Assembly: GCF_964188315.1 (NCBI RefSeq)
Contig: NC_135671.1
Coordinates: forward strand, 20,708,001 to 20,772,000
Origin: Podarcis muralis
Taxonomy: Eukaryota
Direction of reading: 5' to 3'
Length of the DNA stretch: 64,000 nucleotides
Below are positions 10,972 to 23,855 of the stretch, in pieces. Both the position numbers and the translations under genes were made by a program. The number at the start of each line of letters is the position of its first letter. The first letter of the stretch is position 1. The notes below the pieces were generated by a model. It worked only from the letters and a program-made list of their open reading frames with translations. It was not told the origin of the DNA and made no database searches.

Positions 10972-12219
10972 AGAGATGAGTGAAGTGGACATTCCTTTTC
11001 TGTAGTCTGTGGGATGTCTGTAGTATGCCATTTTCCATTTTCTTTTTGCCTCTGCAGCAGAGACACTCTAGTGTAGTGTCCCATGCTGGTAACAGAGAAC
11101 AAATTTTAATTGGGAGAGCACTCTAGCAGTCAATTTGTTGATGGAATTAATTAGTTAACACTGCAAACATGGAGAACCGTGGGATTTCTCTATTGTTCTG
11201 CATAATTTAAAGGTACATTGATATGCCTCTAGTATGTAATTCCTTAGTCATAGAAAGCAGCCACAAATATCTTACATGCTTTGTTAATGATATTTTCTAA
11301 CTTTGCACACTACTACCTAAACTATGCCTCTGGTCAATTAGGAAGTAACTGATTGATGGATACAGTAAGCATTTTATGTAGACAAGATGTAACTAGAAAA
11401 TTTGAACTGGGAATTTTTTTTTTTAACAAACTGATAGTGCTGGTTTGCTAAAGAAACCTGTCGAATACAGACTTCAGGCAGTTGTAGACATTCTAGGAGT
11501 GTATTAGTTATCATGTCTATTTTATTTTATTTTAAGCCTTTGAAATGTATCGGTGAAGAAACAATTCAAAATCCTATATTCTTCTTGTAGTAGAAAATAA
11601 TTCCTTGCTCAACTAATGTGTTCTATCATTTTCTGTCCTGATTGCCTTTCTATTCCTTTCGCCCGGTGGTGTTCCTGAATTAGGGGTGGGCCAAGTCATT
11701 TGTGACCACTGGACTGTACAAATTTTCTCTGCCTCTATGACAGGGGCTCGGCAGTTATTGATGTTCCTCCCTGGTCAGCAGTTGAGCATGAAATCTGTTT
11801 ACAAAACAGCCCCAGAAGTAGATGTGGAATTGCATGCATGAGCTCAACATATTATTGATGCTTCTTCTTAGCTACCTTGAACTGCTTCCTCCATACAATA
11901 GAAATACTGTTCAAATACAGCCTAAGTTCCTTAATATAATGTAAGAGTTGCTAACTGAGCAACCCCCAACTCTGGCACTTCTGTTTTAGCGGGGCCATTT
12001 GTAGATGGCAGGAGACTTCCCCTCCTGCCTCCTTTGTTCTGGACATTTTATTTATTCTCAAAAGTACACATATTTCTGGCTAAGACATTCTTAACACTGA
12101 GCACCTATTGTAATGAACAATTAAACAGGGCCATGTAGTAGGTTTCTATGGGACTGCACAAATCCTTTCATTATTTTGCTAAGGCCGATTGTCTGACATG
12201 AGTTCATAACTTTGCTATA

Positions 12220-12427
12220 CAGTCGTACGTTGGAAGTCAAACAGAATCCATTCCGGAATCCGTTTGACTTCCAAAACGTTCAGAAACCGAAGCTGTGGAA
12301 GCTGTGTTGGATGTTCGGCTTCCAAAAATAGTTCGCAAACTAGAACACTCACTTCTGGGTTTGTGGCATTCAGGAGCCAAAATGTTTAAGATGAGAACTA
12401 AACTGTTCGAAAACCAAGGTATGACTG
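12220..12427. mobile_element. Tc1/pogo MITE
   Basis: TIRs CAGTCGTACGTTGG / CCAAGGTATGACTG, TA TSD. Confidence 0.85.
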
Positions 12428-12662
12428 TATTTGTTATGAGAGACACAAAGAGTACGTTTTCTTAAGATACACTGTGTTTTGTAGTTTCACCTTAAATAGT
12501 TAGCAATGCATATTTTAAGCTTTGTTAAAAACATTGGTCTTTCTTTTTGAAATGGTTCCCTCAGTTGAGTGAACCCTGCTCCAAGGGAGCAAAGGCCTAA
12601 CCTAAGATGAATATAAAAACTGCACAGGACAATGTTCTTGGATTCTAAAATTTGCCACAACT

Positions 12663-12920
12663 GGACAGCCAGTGTGGTGTGTTGGTTAAGAGTGGTAGAC
12701 TCGTAATCTGGTGAACCGGGTTCGCATCTCCGCTCCTCCACATGCAGCTGCTGGGTGGCCTTGGGCTAGTCACACTTCTCTGAAGTCTCTCAGCCCTGCT
12801 CACCACACAGAGTGTTTGTTGTGGGGGAGGAAGGGAAAGGAGAATGTTAGCCGCTTTGAGACTCCTGAAGGGGAGTGATAAAGCGGGATATCAAATCCAA
12901 ACTCCTCCTCCTCCTCCTTC
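12663..12920 (+). mobile_element. tRNA-derived SINE with L2-like tail (Squam3-like)
   Basis: tRNA-like head with A box TGGTGTGTTGG and B box GGTTCGCATCT, body ending GCGGGATATCAAATCC, (CTC)n tail. A second copy is at 43814. Confidence 0.8.
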
Positions 12921-13655
12921 ATGGATTCCAGATGTAGGTAGACTTTGACTGAGGCATTGGGCGTATATTCTTGGGGGAGAGGCACTGATACTTGAGCAGG
13001 GCCAAACCTGGAAGGTCTACTCTACGTCAAGACGAGGGTCTAGTATGGCTTGTATGTACAATGCAGTTTTTGACTGTCCCCATTGCCATGAGCTCCCTTT
13101 CACATTAATTTGTCTCCATTCAGTAAGTTAAAGAAAATACGCTCTATTTCTGGATGGAGGCAGAACATTTGCATTTGTACAATTTATTTCCCAGATTCAG
13201 ATTTCTAGGTTGGTTGCTTAGTTGACATGCTAGTATATACTCTTGACTGGGTGATACAACAGCAAGCAATACATTCTCATTACCTTTTTCTGAAACAGGA
13301 AATTTCATGTCTGATTTTAAGGTTTATATAGGAATCATAAAAAAATTCTTAGTCAATTAATCCTATAGGTATTCTCAGAAATCCCATTGTAATCCTATCT
13401 CCACTTACCTGGCAGTAAGCTTCAGTGAGACTGACTTCTAGGTAGATAGGTATAAGGTTGTCCTGTTAGTGTCTTAACTTTGCAATGTGCATGAGGATGT
13501 TCAATAAAAAATGTTCATTGCAAGATTGAGCCCTCACTTTTTAAAGGCAGATGTAGGACAAATGCAAGCTTTGAATAACTGATAGGCAGATATATATTTC
13601 AGTTTGGCTACTTCTTTTATAGAATAAAAATATTGATGTGAGATCAGTATCACTA

Positions 13656-14000
13656 CAGTGGTGCCCCGCAAGACAAATGCCTCGCAAGACAAAAAACCCG
13701 CTAGACGAAAGGGTTTTCCGTTTTTGAGTTGCTTCGCAAGACGATTTTCCCTATGGGATTGCTTCACAAGACGAAAACGTCTTGCGAGTCTTGCAATTTT
13801 TTTTCGCTCCCCCCCCCTTTTCTAAGCCGCTAAGCCGCTAATAGCCTTTTAGCCGCTAAGCCTTTAATAGCCGCCAAGCCGCTAAACCGCTAATAGCGCT
13901 AATCCGCTAAGCCGCTAATAGGGTTGCTTCGCAAGACGAAAAAACCGCTAGACGAAGAGAGTCACGGAACGGATTATTTTCGTCTTGCGAGGCACCACTG
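13656..14000. mobile_element. Tc1/pogo MITE with internal GCCGCTAA array
   Basis: TIRs CAGTGGTGCCCCGCAAGAC / GTCTTGCGAGGCACCACTG, TA TSD. Confidence 0.9.
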
Positions 14001-14177
14001 TATTAGAATATCATAATATACAAATATCTTTAAGCAGATGTCATACAAAAATCAACCACATGTTTTAGTTCTGTAGAAAATCTGTTGGGAACGTGACATT
14101 TTAAGAACATTGTTCATGAGTCTTCAAATTTATTTGGTGTGGTAACGTTATTTGATTTTATTTAGATTCATTTCTTG

Positions 14178-14640
14178 TTGTTGCTGTTTTGTTGTTTAGT
14201 CGTTTCTGACTCTTCGTGACCCCATGGACCAGAGCACGCCAGGCATGCCTGTCTTCCACTGCCTCCCACAGTTTGGTCAAGCTCATGTTAGTCGCGTCAA
14301 GAACACTGTCCAACCATCTCGTCCTCTGTCGTCCCCTTCTCCTTGTGCCCTCAATCTTTCCCAACATCAGGGTCTTTTCCAGGGAGTCTTTTCTTCTCAT
14401 GAGGTGGCCAAAGTATTGGAGCCTCAGCTTCAGGATCTGTCCTTCCAGTGAGCAGTCAGGGCTGATTTCCTTCAGAATGGATAGGTCTGATCTTCTTGCA
14501 GTCCATGGGACTCTCAAGAGTCTCCTCCAACACCATAATTCAAAAGCATCAATTCTACGGCGATCAGCCTTCTTTATGGTCCAGCTCTTACTTCCATAAG
14601 TCACTACTGGTAAAACCATAGCTTTAACTATGCAGACCTA
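14178..14640 (-). mobile_element. RTE-BovB LINE, 5'-truncated 3' end
   Basis: ORF 14158-14619 reads VVTYGSKSWTIKKADRRRIDAFELWCWRRLLRVPWTARR...RGRQRTRWLD, the typical BovB ORF C-terminus, followed by a CAA-type tail. Confidence 0.93.
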
Positions 14641-17600
14641 TGCTGTTGACCAGTGCTCTGTTGAAGGTACAACATACTGTTTCAGCATTCTTCTTAAAAA
14701 ATCTCTTGCTGTGTCTGTTTCAGTAGCCTTCATTCTCTTTCTTAAATCCCCCCGCCCTTGTATTGTGCAGATATTGTCATGGATTGGCCTGTGTGCATAT
14801 ATAGAATCCCTGCATGCAAAAATTTCTACATACTAGTGTTCTTAGCAAAGGGCATTCCCATGAATAAAATATTTATGAAGTATTGTGTTTTGCTATGCTT
14901 CATGAAAAGAGCATCAGTAATGGCAATATTGAAACATTTCACTGCCTTCGGAGCTTCAGTGCATGAAGTAAGATGCAACAGTGCCCCCAACTCCTGCAAA
15001 GTTCTCTCTAGAAAGAGGAGTTTGCAATATAGGGCAATATAATTTTACTTTTTGTGCATGTTTCCTTCACAAATCCCAAATGACACTTCTTTCCTAAATT
15101 GTATACAATTCCCGTTTCCTTAGTATTGAACTTAATCTTCTTGCTTTCTTATTTTCTCTTTTTGAAATATGCCAGTCTGGATTAGCTTTCTGCTGTTGGA
15201 CATTTGGAGCTAAATGTGACTCAGTAGCATACACAATGGACAGGAGGATGTTGCTCGGTATTGAAAAGGGTTCTTAGAGTTAGAGATTTAATTTAAAAGC
15301 AAGTGTAGTGGAAGAAGAATTCCTGCTACCCTATTCAGTACTATTTGGCACGATTGTTTGTCCATCAATGAGAGAGGTTGAGGGCCGAGGTTAAAGTATG
15401 TTGTAGGTCAGAACTAAAGCAGAGCTTTTGTGGAGCTGCTTGACAGCATTTGCCTATATCCTACCTTGTTCCTGCCCAGTGTTACCAGCCCTGTCATCCG
15501 CATGGCTTCACTAACAGTATTTTAAAATGGCACTTTCCTATTCCAGATGCGTGTGTTTTCACAGCCTGAAATACTAAAAGCCTATCGCAGTCATACAAGA
15601 AGCTACAGAGTTCTCCCCCCTCCCTAAAAGGGCAAGGGTCGCAGGGGAACATATTAGTATGTTTTCTGGTTAGTTAACGTCATGGCACTCCGAAAGTGTG
15701 CAAAGGAAAGGATCAGGAAAGGGCTCCGGGTTGTGTGATGTGAACGATAATGAGAGCCACTCGGGGCACAGTGCCAAAGACTTTGCTATTGTTAATCACT
15801 TACGTCTGCATGGAGAGGTGAACAGAGCACGGTGTTTATAGCTACAGAATGCATCACCTTCTTTTCCGCGTGACATTTTGTGACATAGATTCCCATTCAC
15901 AATCTTTCTGAAAATATTGAGAGGCGCAAGAAGTGTTTTTGGAGCAACACATTGAAATCAGAAATATTACGTAACACAAGAGGGTGCGCGGGGTGTGTGT
16001 GTGTGTGGATGCATCTCAAATGAGATTTGTCCTTGACATGTAATTATACATTTTCAAGCATGAGTGTTCTGTATCCCCCTTTCTTTCCTGTTCCATGGGT
16101 TAACTCTGTCTTGTGTTTTGTCCTGAATTCCAGTTTAACTTTGATAATTTTTAATATTTGATGGAGCCGGAGAGGCATGGTTGTTGCACTCTCCTTGCGC
16201 CACCCTCCCTAGATGTAAAGGCTCCTCATTTAGGCTGGTGTGGGATGTGGTAGTCTTGCACCTCTCGATACCAGCCTCACCAGGAAAGGTGAGATTGGGG
16301 TCAAAGTGCCTGGCCACTGCGTCCCTCAAACCTCCCTCTCCGAGTGCTCGCAAAGCAGTACAGGACTGGTTTGGGGAGGGCGGAGGGAGCCATGCTCCCC
16401 AGAAACATGTGCTGCTCAACACTATGCCTCTGACCCACAGGGTCTCTGAAGAGCCCATGAATTCTTCACGTAGCAACTTGTAGGACTGGGAGACCACTCC
16501 TTAAAAATGTTTGCTTGATCGGAGGAACAGATGCTAAGCCTTTTAGGAACAATAGGCCTTGCACTAGATGGAACCAGTTGTATTTCACAAGCCCCAATTT
16601 CTCACAAAGAGTAGCCTTTTGAAATAGGGTGCCCTTTCTCGATGAGATGGTTCACCCAGAAAACACCGTTGGACTCTCATCCACAATACTGAAGATCTTT
16701 GTCATTGTTGTGGGAGTTTGGATGAGCAAGGAAGGGAGGACTTGCCCGCTGCTAATACATTGCACCATTGCCACCAAACTAACATAGTAGCATGAAGAAA
16801 GGGGTTAGCTATTTTATCTACAGTGGCCCACTGGGGGTAGGACTGGTAGTGCCCATACAGTTCCCACCAACTGCAATTCCCTCCATAACTAAGGATTTTT
16901 ACACCTCCCAGAATAGCATTGTGCACGTTCACCAACCAAAGTGTGACTTCCTCTCTAAAGATTTTACAGAATTCCCTGCTAAAACCATCTGGTCCCGGGG
17001 TTCTTCAGTCCTGGAAAAAAATGTGTGCGCCTTGAAGAAAAACATGATACTTCTTCTGGGGTCCTGTTCAGAGTGCTTCATGTGTCGATCAGATGTTTAA
17101 TGGTTATTGTATTTGTATTCATTAAAAAAACCACAATAAAATTTGTTAGTTTTTAAAGAAAATACTTAAGGAAGTTGCCAAGCAGGCCTGGAAAGGGGTA
17201 GGCTCGGGAAATGGTCTGTGGAATGGGCGTGGCCTGGAGAGAATTATGAGGGCCAGACAGGGAGGACTGGAGGGCAGAATCTGGCCCCTGGGGCTGAGGT
17301 TTGCTATCGCTTATGTGGGGCAAAACAAAGCAAAACAACTGAAGGAACTAAAAGCCGCAACAAACCACATGCGATGTGTTGTGAGCAGAATTTAGAATAA
17401 TAAAAATATATTATTTGTTTATTTATTAAAACAAGATTTGTTAACAGACTCCAAAATCGGTGAACTAATTTGGCTTAATAGAATTTCAGAAGCATCTCTT
17501 AAGTATATTGCAGGAAGAAAGGAAGTGACCATCACCCTGAAGGCTCATAGTATTGTCTTAAGATTCCTGTGTGTAATCATTTTTATTAGTTTTCAGTTAC

Positions 17601-18095
17601 AGTAACCCAATAAATGCCTCATTGTCAATACCAAATTATAATACAACTAATAATGCCAATTGTTCAGATGCCAAATTTTATTCTTTTGTTGATCCCCTAC
17701 GTGCTAGAACTGATGATTTGATAATTTACTTTAACTCTGCATTCAAAAAACTTACAAATTCCAATTACCGGTACATACCAGCCAGAATAACAAACCCTTA
17801 TATTGCAGCTGCAATTTTAACAACTTCCATTCACATTAACACCTCAAATAATTTAAAGTCCTACTACAGGCAAAGCCTTCAGACTCTCTCTTTCTTCTTC
17901 TTGTGTGTGGCTATTTTTCTGTCCATGATGTTTCTTCCTGTCCTTGTACTGTATTATGTCCATCTTTTGTCAATTGTTGCTGTTCTCCATCATACCTTGG
18001 GCGGAGCAAGTAATCCATTGCATTGCCTTAAGATTCCAAAGGGGTATGTATGACTGCCAGGATTGTCAGCCATGATGAAGAATGTGCTTTTTGAC

Positions 18096-18524
18096 CAGTG
18101 CCAGATTTACATATAAGCAAGCTATAGCTTAGGGCCCCACACTCTTGGAGGCCCAAAAAATTAAAGAGAAAAAATACCTGGATGTATATTTCTAAAATAC
18201 AAGATAAAAAACAAATAAAATTAAACCTACATACAGCAACAGGGTTTTGTGTTCTGTAGGCTTGCTGCTATGATGTAAGTAATGGGCCCTGCCTGCTAGC
18301 CTGCTCACTAAAATATCACTGGTTTGCTCATTTCTATATATAGGGTGCCTACATTCTGCATGTGCAAATGGCTTTAGATACCTATTAGGTCCATAAATTA
18401 CCATAAAGCATATATTCAACAACAAAAAAGTGACAATTGGTTGTTGACAAAGGACAGCTGGACATATGAAGGGCCCCATTACCTTCAGTAGCTCAAGGCC
18501 TCATCAAACCTAAATCCGGCCCTG
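18096..18524 (+). mobile_element. hAT-type MITE (429 bp)
   Basis: TIRs CAGTGCCAGATTTA / TAAATCCGGCCCTG; 8-bp TSD TTTTTGAC / TTTCTGAC (7 of 8). Confidence 0.9.
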
Positions 18525-20589
18525 TTTCTGACCCAGTCAAGCAACACATAAGCAAATATGTCTTACGTGAGCTAGGAAGGGGTATGTATCCTTCCTCATT
18601 TTATCCTCCCAGAAAAACCTGATAGGAACTTCAAAAAAAGAAAAAAAGGATGTGACTGAAAAGGGAGGGGCGAAATGGTCTCACTAATTGGCATTTCAAA
18701 ATATGAGAAGGCAAGGTTATCTCTAGAAAATCTTTAAGACCAAGATAAATAAATAAATATTTGGGCAGCAAGAGAGTGAAAACTGCCAGATGGCTGTATA
18801 GAATACACCCCTTTTTAAAAGTTGTATTATGGTCTGTTCAGTTGCTACCAAAAGCTTCATTGCACATTTGAACCGCAGGAGAAAAATCTCCTCCCCTCCC
18901 CCAGCGCTACATTAAAGTAATAACTTAGTTGAAAAGGTCTTTGATGCAGCTCACAATTTTCTTCTTCATTACTCCCCTGAACCATTTATTTGCTCATTAA
19001 TTTATATGTGCCTTCTCTAAAGGCACTGTTAGAAAACTTGTGCGCTGCCAATGTTCAGATCCACCTCACCCTCCCGCCCGCCCTCCACATGGCCATCAGT
19101 ATCTGGAAATAGTTCGATCCTTTGTCATTACTCCTTCAGATGGGTAGATGCAAAAGCCAAATTCATCTCGTCTTTGAAAATGCATTTGATACACTTTCCC
19201 ATCTTCTGTGATAGTATGGGAGTCATTATTGCAGCAGTTGGCTCTGACACGCTTGCACAGACACAAATTGAGTCCGACAGGACTGATGTCTCATGGACTT
19301 TGCTGTCATTTGAAATGCTGGCACAAAGATGGTAGCGGTGAAAGCAGAGAGCTGGTGCTTTCAGCACGTTGAGGGTTTCTGAGGGTTTTGTGTTTTGTGT
19401 TAGGTTTGTGTTTTGTGATAGCAGCAATCAAATCAAGAGACGGTTTTCCATGAGCTTTATTAAAGCTGAGTTCTAGTGTCTGCTTCTCTTTTTCTTATCT
19501 CAAGTAGATTTTTAATATTATTCTGTGATCTAAAACAGGCTCTTCATACCACCCACGGATCTGTAGCAATCCTTTTCAGTAGAATAATAATTAGTATTAT
19601 TTTCTCTCCCCTTTTTCATCTTAATCTTTCCTTCATGCAAGCAATTCTTGCATTATGATATAAATAGTATTTTCTTTCTATTGTGCTTGTTTCAGACCTG
19701 CCAAAGCATATATCTTACCTCTGCTTAGAAAACCACAATTAAATTGTAGAGTTATGTTAGTGGCATAGATCTATTTTTGGATATCTCTAGAATTTCCTGT
19801 TGGAGGCGATGTGTTTTGTGTGTGTGTTATGTTTCTGACATAGCTTGGTTGGAGTGAATAAAGTAGAGTCAAATTGATTTCTTCTTAAAGGCAGATGTTC
19901 ATGCTGTATTATTCATTAGTTCTTATACAAGATACAAAATTAAACCGACTGAACAGGAATATGTAATCTTTATTCATAATTTATCCATGAATTATATAAT
20001 TTGTGTTTAGTGATAAATCAGAGAGGAAACAATAACAGTTCTGTGTGGACAGATTTTCAAGATGCCACACCAGATAAGACTTGGTTGGATTAATCCACAA
20101 ATACCAATATCCTAGCCTTGCATATAGCGCATTAGGAACAGAAGCAGATTTAGCTCTGTCATTCTTACCTGATGCAAGGAAATCAGCTTCCAATATGTTG
20201 TTTGTTAGCAGGCTTTTGTCCTGGAGGTTGAATCCTTCTAAACCCTTCTTTAGAGTATCTGTATGGCTTATTCCAGCTGAAGTATTAAAGTAGGACATCA
20301 TTAGGAATGACAGCTCATTTTCATGATGTGGGGCTAAGGAAAGGAGACTCTCCGCAGCACATAGGAACTGTTGATCACAACCTGGGTTACAAGGTGCCTT
20401 GGAAAAGAACATAGTGGCTGTTAAAATGTGCTGCTCTCGGGTTATTTTACCAGGCTAATCCCAGCCTTCAAGACTGGAATCCAATGCTTTTATCTTGCTC
20501 ATTATAAGTGTGCATTGTTTATGTATTTGGAAAGGAAGGAGCAAAAACATTCTAAATATTTCTCTCTCTCTCTTTCTTGTTCCTCTCAG

Positions 20590-20755
20590 GCTTTGAAAAT
20601 TCTTCATCTGGAATTTCAGATTGGAGAGACTCGCAGTGGCTTATAAGCCAGTGATCGAAGCCGCCAAAGTATGCTGGTGCCAAGCTGTCGGAGGATGCAT
20701 GTAGCCAGGCCAGTAGTACTGCTCCTCTGCTTCCTGCTCTGTGCTGATGCTGAAA
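20590..20755 (+). other. PTPRD: 166-nt exon holding the 3' part of the 5'UTR and the start codon of PTPRD
   Basis: Long polypyrimidine tract 20558-20587, AG at 20588-20589, donor AAA|GTAAG at 20755/20756. Size is close to the human start exon as I recall it (about 103 UTR + 64 coding nt). Confidence 0.88.
20695..20755 (+). CDS. PTPRD: First coding segment (signal peptide) of receptor protein tyrosine phosphatase delta; partial CDS, phase-1 donor
   Basis: ATG at 20695 reads MHVARPVVLLLCFLLCADAE plus one A, then GTAAG at 20756. Hydrophobic signal peptide closely similar to human PTPRD [21 protein letters not shown] (recalled); the split A fits the Thr of TPPRF. In-frame TAA at 20644-20646 upstream. 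An in-frame upstream ATG exists at 20671. Confidence 0.9.
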
Positions 20756-22919
20756 GTAAGCTCTCCCCCGTCTACTTTTTTCACCCTTGCAAATAAAATA
20801 TTGGCCGTAATGAAGAGTTCTGTTTATGGTCGGCACATTCTGGGGGCTTGTGAATAATCTTGCTTTTGACTCAGTCTTGAGACACTGTGGGATCCACCTT
20901 GGCTCTCAGCCAGTGTTTGAAAGGGATTATTTACTGACTTCCCTACTATTTTTTCCTGCCGTTAATACCCCTTTTCTTGAGCATTGGAGGGTTCCTACTG
21001 CTCTCTGTTTGCTTGTGATCAGTCATTTCAAAGAGACAATGCGAACAAAATTGTGTAGCCAAAACAAAACCTAACCTTGCTTGCCAGAAGGCAAACATCA
21101 CTTAGTCTTACTAGGTATTTTTCCCCCCAGTTCCTTGGATATTTTCTTTTCAAGCTCTGAAAAGACAAACAATGCAATGTTGAGGCCAATTAAAATTCCA
21201 GGTCCTTTGTGTCTGTCACAGCAGCTGTTGTAATGTATTATGTCCAACAGCTGTCGTGGAGTACAGTATTTGAATAAACCAAGCAGAACTGTCAACTTTG
21301 AGGCTGGGCTTTAGAGTGTGGAGACTTTGGTGTACTGCAGGCACCTAGGTTCTAAGTCCAGGACTCATATTGTGGTACTGTAGAGTTTTGGTCAATTAGC
21401 TTGCCAATTAATGAGAAGATAATATCTTCTTCTTAATTAGGAAATCATTAGGTTTGCCTTGTTTACACGTGTTCTTTGTCCCAGCTGTCTTCTGGCTTTC
21501 CACATTGAACAAGGAGGGAAAACCCCTCTTGCGTGAACTAGTTGAGGCAGGTTTGTCTGTATTCTGGTGACATCACTTGAACTCGCAGCATTTCCCACTG
21601 GTAACTTCTTTGAGCTAATTTTGAGGGAATCTTTAATTTGGAGGGGCTTTGTAAGCACCCAGGGGAATCACTTTAAGAAGTAAACAACCTGAGTGCTAAA
21701 ATATTACATCACATTGTAGGTATCGTTAGCAAGCATTGATACTACTTACTTGTCTCTTGGGTTCAGCATGGACAATTGTTTTTTGAACATCTTCGTCAAG
21801 AAAGAAGTATGGTATATAGTGTGCTCTTACTGTCACACTTTGATTCAAGTTAATATATCAATGAGTGTACTAAGCTGCAGATTCTGGTGGCTGTTCCTCG
21901 TGGTTTTCCGTTTTCAATCATGTGTACAGAATAGTCTGAAGTTAGGTTTAGAGTGAATGAAATTTAGAAAGCAAACACTGAAAACACACATTTGTAAATT
22001 AATGACAGTGGTGAATGTTGGACCTCTTCCAGATAGTTAAATGACCAGCTGGGATGTTTGTGCATAAGGTGAAGCCAAGGACATTTTAACACTTCAGCCA
22101 ATAAATAATGAACTGGGATATAGCCCAATCTTTTTTCAATTAGGCATTTTAAGAGAGTCACTTTTTAAAAAATGTGGAAATTGTTCTTAAAGGACAATAG
22201 ATTAAAAATATATATCCTGAAGTTTTGCCAATTGTAAAATGTTCATGATGATAGAACTGGAGAAAAAATTGTCACAAGTCAGATAAAACTTTGCAAAGAT
22301 CACAGGTTTTTTTGTTGCTTTTTTAAAAAGTGAAACAAAGTTTAAACCTTCCCAGTAGCTTTTGGAAATGAACAAAAGAACAACTGTTTCAACAGTTTGT
22401 TTCTTTTTCCTTTGTTAAGCATTTGAACACAGAAAAAAATATTTTCCTGAGAATCGCTAGCAGATTTACTTTTTAAACAGGCAATTTTGTAATAAAGTGC
22501 TTTCAGATTTCCTTGCTTTGCAAATCGTTGTTTTCAGCATTCTGTTCCTTATTGCTCAAAACAAAATAAAATTTGGCAATCAGCTATTAAGCACTGTGGG
22601 TTTTGACAAGAGGCTTTTGTTTCTCTTAACACATTTGCTCCTTTGGAGTAGTTCGTGAAACTGCCGACTTAAGGATAATAAGTAGGTCTGGTTGGTTAGT
22701 TTCCAATTAAGTATTTCCCACTGGAAAATGTTTCTCTGAAATTTCTTGCTGGCAGAAATATCATTAAATGCTCTGTGGGGAAAGTTATCACCCTCCCATG
22801 CTAATGTTACATTTTATAGACCCTGAGTCTCCAAAGTGCATTATGGGAGTTGAATTTTGCAGAATCCCTCCTATTGCCTCCAGTCATCTGCATACTTGTC
22901 TCATACAGAAATAAACATA

Positions 22920-23032
22920 CAGTGGTACCTCGGGTTAAGTACTTAATTCATTCCGGAGGTCCATTCTTAACCTGAAATTGTTTGTAACCTGAAGCACCAC
23001 TTCAGCTAATGGGGCCTAATGAGGTACTACTG
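22920..23032. mobile_element. Internally deleted Tc1/pogo MITE of the 8813 family
   Basis: Both TIRs and TA flanks retained; interior matches the reverse complement of the right part of 8813-9038. Confidence 0.8.
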
Positions 23033-23404
23033 TATACATATACAGGTGATGTGTTCTACACAAGGCAGAAGCCCTCGCTGGTTTAAGATTGGGGTATCTC
23101 CTGTTCAAGTTTGCCCAACGGCTGAGACAACATTCATAGGCCCTGCTGGTTGTCCCCATTTGCCTTTTTCGATTGGGATCAGGGAGAATGCTTTATTCGT
23201 GACTCTGCCTATGCTTTGAAACTCCCTTCTGAAGGAGGCAGTCTCACCTTCCACTTCTTTAGGAGCCTTCTGAAAGATAGTATACACTTTCCTTAAAAAA
23301 AGAGGGGGGAAAGCATTTTTGTTTCTGGATGGTTGTTTTTATAATATTTTTAATCTGTTGGTGCATTATGATTTAGTGTTAAGTGCTGGTAACTTAGGTG
23401 TTAA

Positions 23405-23756
23405 AAGGTACCCCTGCCCGTACGGGCCAGTCTTGACAGACTCTAGGGTTGTGCGCTCATCTCACTCTATAGGCCGGGGGCCAGCGCTGTCCGCAGACAC
23501 TTCCAGGTCACGTGGCCAGCGTGACATCGCTGCTCTGGCGAGCCAGAGCTGCACACGGAAACGCCGTTTACCTTCCCGCTAGTAAGCGGTCCCTATTTAT
23601 CTAATTGCACCCGGAGATGCTTTCGAACTGCTAGGTTGGCAGGCGCTGGGACCGAGCAGCGGGAGCGCACCCCGCCGCGGGGATTCGAACTGCCGACCTT
23701 TCGATCGGCAAGCCCTAGGCGCTGAGGCTTTTACCCACAGCGCCACCCGCGTCCCC
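23405..23756 (-). mobile_element. Sauria SINE, young CpG-rich subfamily
   Basis: Full length; 14-bp TSD AACTTAGGTGTTAA at 23391-23404 and 23757-23770. Confidence 0.95.
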
Positions 23757-23855
23757 AACTTAGGTGTTAAGTCAGATGTTAAATTGTGGTATTATTATTT
23801 TTTATGAAGAAAGGTGGAATGGAAATGTGTTTTAAGTGCATAGTATACATTAGTT

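Noticed and set aside
12663-12740. tRNA-like sequence (also 43814-43890 and 1250-1291)
   Set aside because: These are SINE heads fused to LINE-like tails, not complete cloverleaf tRNA genes.
16135-17150. ORFs of 100-120 aa and a LINE-like A-rich 3' end near 17100-17160
   Set aside because: Probably old retroelement debris, but I could not identify diagnostic motifs, so no family is called.
19051-19427. Overlapping 94-aa and 99-aa ORFs
   Set aside because: No similarity to PTPRD or any protein I recognise; kept only as a possible non-coding element.
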